Source: Basidiobolus meristosporus CBS 931.73
Taxonomy: Eukaryota; Fungi; Basidiobolomycota
Reading direction: 5' to 3'
Length of the DNA: 64,000 nt
NCBI GenBank assembly: GCA_002104905.1
Contig: MCFE01000421.1
Location: forward strand, 1-64,000
Shown here: piece by piece, positions 62,901-64,000 of the stretch
How the letters are laid out: every line of letters begins with the position of its first letter
Numbering within the stretch: the stretch's first letter is position 1
Position numbers and translations under genes: made by a program
Notes under the pieces: generated by a model
Seen by the model: only the letters and a program-made list of their open reading frames with translations
Told to the model about the DNA's origin: nothing
The model's database searches: none

Positions 62901-63967
62901 TGGAATCTTTGAGTTTCAAAAGGAGTAATGCTGACTATAGTATATACTATAAGCCAGATAGAGCAAATCCAGTTCTATTAGCTCTATATGTGGATGATCT
63001 TATTATAGCCGCCAATAACCTAGAAACATTGGAAGAGACTAAATCCAGCCTATCTAAGGAGTTCAAGATGTCCGATCTAGGAGAACTTAGTTACTACTTA
63101 GGGATTAAGTTCTCCATAGACAGAAGTACCCAGACTATTACCCTAAGTCAATCCAAGTATATTCAAGATATACTAAAGAAGTACAAAATGGAAGACTGTA
63201 AACCGGCAGCTACCCCAATGGAGACAAACCTTAACTTGGTCAAAACTCAACCAAATCAAGAGAGCTTGGTGCCATCTGAAAGCCCTGACTTTCCTTATCA
63301 ATCTATGGTCGGCAGTCTGATGTATATCATGCTTGGAACACGTCCAGATATCTCATATTCAGTGGGAGTTGTCAGCCAACATAATCAGAATTATGGATCT
63401 GATCATATTGCAGCAGTTAAGCGGATTTTTAGATACCTAAAAGGAACTGCTGATATCTGCTTAAGATACACTTATAAGGATTCAGAACAGGATCTTGTGG
63501 GATACTCTGATGCTGATTGGGGACGAAATTTAGAAGACAGAAGATCCACCACAGGATACACCTTTCTTTACTGTAAAGGAGCCATCTCATGGAATTCAAG
63601 AAAGCAACCAACCGTAGCACTTTCTACTACAGAGGCAGAGTATATGGCAGCCTGTGAAGCTACAAAAGAAGCAATGTGGTTAAGAAAGCTCTTTACAGAT
63701 TTAGGCCTATGTCAAAAAACGCCCATTACTTTATTTCAAGATAATCAAGGATGTATACAATTAGGTAGAAATCCAACTTTTCATGCTAGAACCAAGCACA
63801 TAGATATTAGACATCATTTCATACGTGAAGCTATAGAGAATAACTTAGTTAGCTTAGTTTACTGTCCTACAGATGAAATGATTGCAGACATATTTACCAA
63901 ACCATTAGCTAGAGACAAGTTTGAATATTTTAGGTCAAAATTAGGACTAGTCAGTATGAACATTTAG
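59996..63967 (+). CDS. Copia Gag-PR-IN-RT-RNase H polyprotein, 1323 aa, single frame
   Basis: Zinc knuckle CNYCKRKGHTSDRC; protease IDSGASQH; integrase HRRFGH/CEAC, IHSDLCG, RSDNGGEY, QQNGVAER; RT MDVKTAFL and LYVDDL; RNase H DADW..TEAEY..ADIFTK. Confidence 0.96.
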   Translation: MSPELSLSAMSTTAITGIFPSAEKLDGSNYQVWKVKMKMLLQERGLWDIVMGEECPPKNVGEEALKYQKKEQSAFNCICLNVKDKLLIQCSRAKMAKNAWKALEDTYQSCSAAKKMYLRRKFFTTKMLPGEEMKNLINRITLLVDEMESVGVPTTDEDVIVTILNSLTDEFQGLVSALESRTEDLTLNYVYGRLLDEELRKSSANKKEEENALISNDNQQRRYPRPYKGNSNLFCNYCKRKGHTSDRCFKKRDYQQKKPEYGNAVTTEDRLFISALNMTTNKDSQTWYIDSGASQHFTHQKELFTQYQEIPIKKVFMGDDRTLDAVGEGTIQVNLRSSEGSHTLTFKEVLYVPEIAKNLLSVSKATAEGLSFSFDNSGCRITDQNGAHIASGIRDQNLYKLTYIPSYLEANISNLNEETPMLWHRRFGHINFDYLRKMIKDQLISGVKIDPPANLEHCEACIYGKQARQPFKSSGLIKTKKKLDLIHSDLCGPMQNLSLGGMKYLITFIDDYTRYTWVYFMERKEEALSKLREFKAMVERETGEKIKKIRSDNGGEYTSKLFIHFCKIHGIKQETTVPYSPQQNGVAERANRSIIDMARSMIHDQKLSYDFWAESVATAVYLKNRSYNRILRDSTPFEAWYGYRPSAEHLRIFGCTAYAKKLAGNQSKFEPKSVKCIFLGYCNESKAYRLYNTEAKKLIKSRDVLFDENSKFSQKMTSDDDKNLISSPPIVRIESEQNNENFFTPEDSTTVVQPESVPRNIPEVIIPVSNARRSNRTRNSPNYYINEGTNLAYAYSVHVDEPQTVKEALNSPQTKFWRSAMTEEYQALMENQTWDLVKLPINRKSIGCRWVFKTKYKADGTIERYKARLVAKGYSQTKGLDYTETFAPVAKFNSIRLILAIAAKYKFFIHQMDVKTAFLNGELDEDVYMDQPDGFVDQDNPHLVCKLKKSLYGLKQSPRAWNCKIDSYLESLSFKRSNADYSIYYKPDRANPVLLALYVDDLIIAANNLETLEETKSSLSKEFKMSDLGELSYYLGIKFSIDRSTQTITLSQSKYIQDILKKYKMEDCKPAATPMETNLNLVKTQPNQESLVPSESPDFPYQSMVGSLMYIMLGTRPDISYSVGVVSQHNQNYGSDHIAAVKRIFRYLKGTADICLRYTYKDSEQDLVGYSDADWGRNLEDRRSTTGYTFLYCKGAISWNSRKQPTVALSTTEAEYMAACEATKEAMWLRKLFTDLGLCQKTPITLFQDNQGCIQLGRNPTFHARTKHIDIRHHFIREAIENNLVSLVYCPTDEMIADIFTKPLARDKFEYFRSKLGLVSMNI

Positions 63968-64000
63968 CTGAGTGGGAGTGTTGTAAAAATTCGTATTTTC

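Larger units (their letters stand above)
59642..64000 (+). mobile_element. Apparently intact Ty1/copia element: 5' LTR 59642-59991, PBS 59992-60003, PPT 63970-63978, 3' LTR from 63979 cut by the window end
   Basis: TG..CA LTR, GGTTATGAGCCC PBS and one uninterrupted ORF. Confidence 0.97.

Noticed and set aside
1-64000. tRNA/rRNA genes, CRISPR arrays, bacterial operons or horizontally transferred gene clusters
   Set aside because: None seen; genes are intron-containing or belong to typical eukaryotic families. A covariance-model scan was not possible.

Overview
Eukaryotic DNA, most likely from an early-diverging (non-Dikarya) fungus. This is inferred from 60-75 nt GT-AG introns, a kinesin-13, a FAM72 homolog and a Mucoro/Zoopagomycota-style F-box-LRR gene; the organism cannot be identified. 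The window has two compartments. CpG-depleted transposon islands (about 1-23.4 kb, 32.9-34.6 kb, 38.2-39.2 kb, 59.4-64 kb) hold a CACTA/EnSpm relic, Ty3/gypsy relics, a 181-bp MITE and many nested copies of one Ty1/copia family. That family has ~348-bp LTRs and a half-tRNAiMet primer site; one copy has an intact ORF (59642 onward) and one is full-length with a TSD but stop-disrupted (15384-20066). CpG-normal gene regions hold a Med2/Med29-like gene, COX11, an F-box-LRR gene, an NPR/HAL-type kinase with a DFE motif, EMC10, an F-BAR RhoGAP, a NIPA transporter with a Cys-rich ectodomain, FAM72, kinesin-13, a GPI-anchored Ser-rich protein and an amino-acid transporter. The most notable observations are the Cys-rich-ectodomain/NIPA fusion, repeated insertion of the copia family into its own older copies, a Med29-like gene visible only after splicing, and the MITE. 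All gene models and homologies were made by eye, without database searches.
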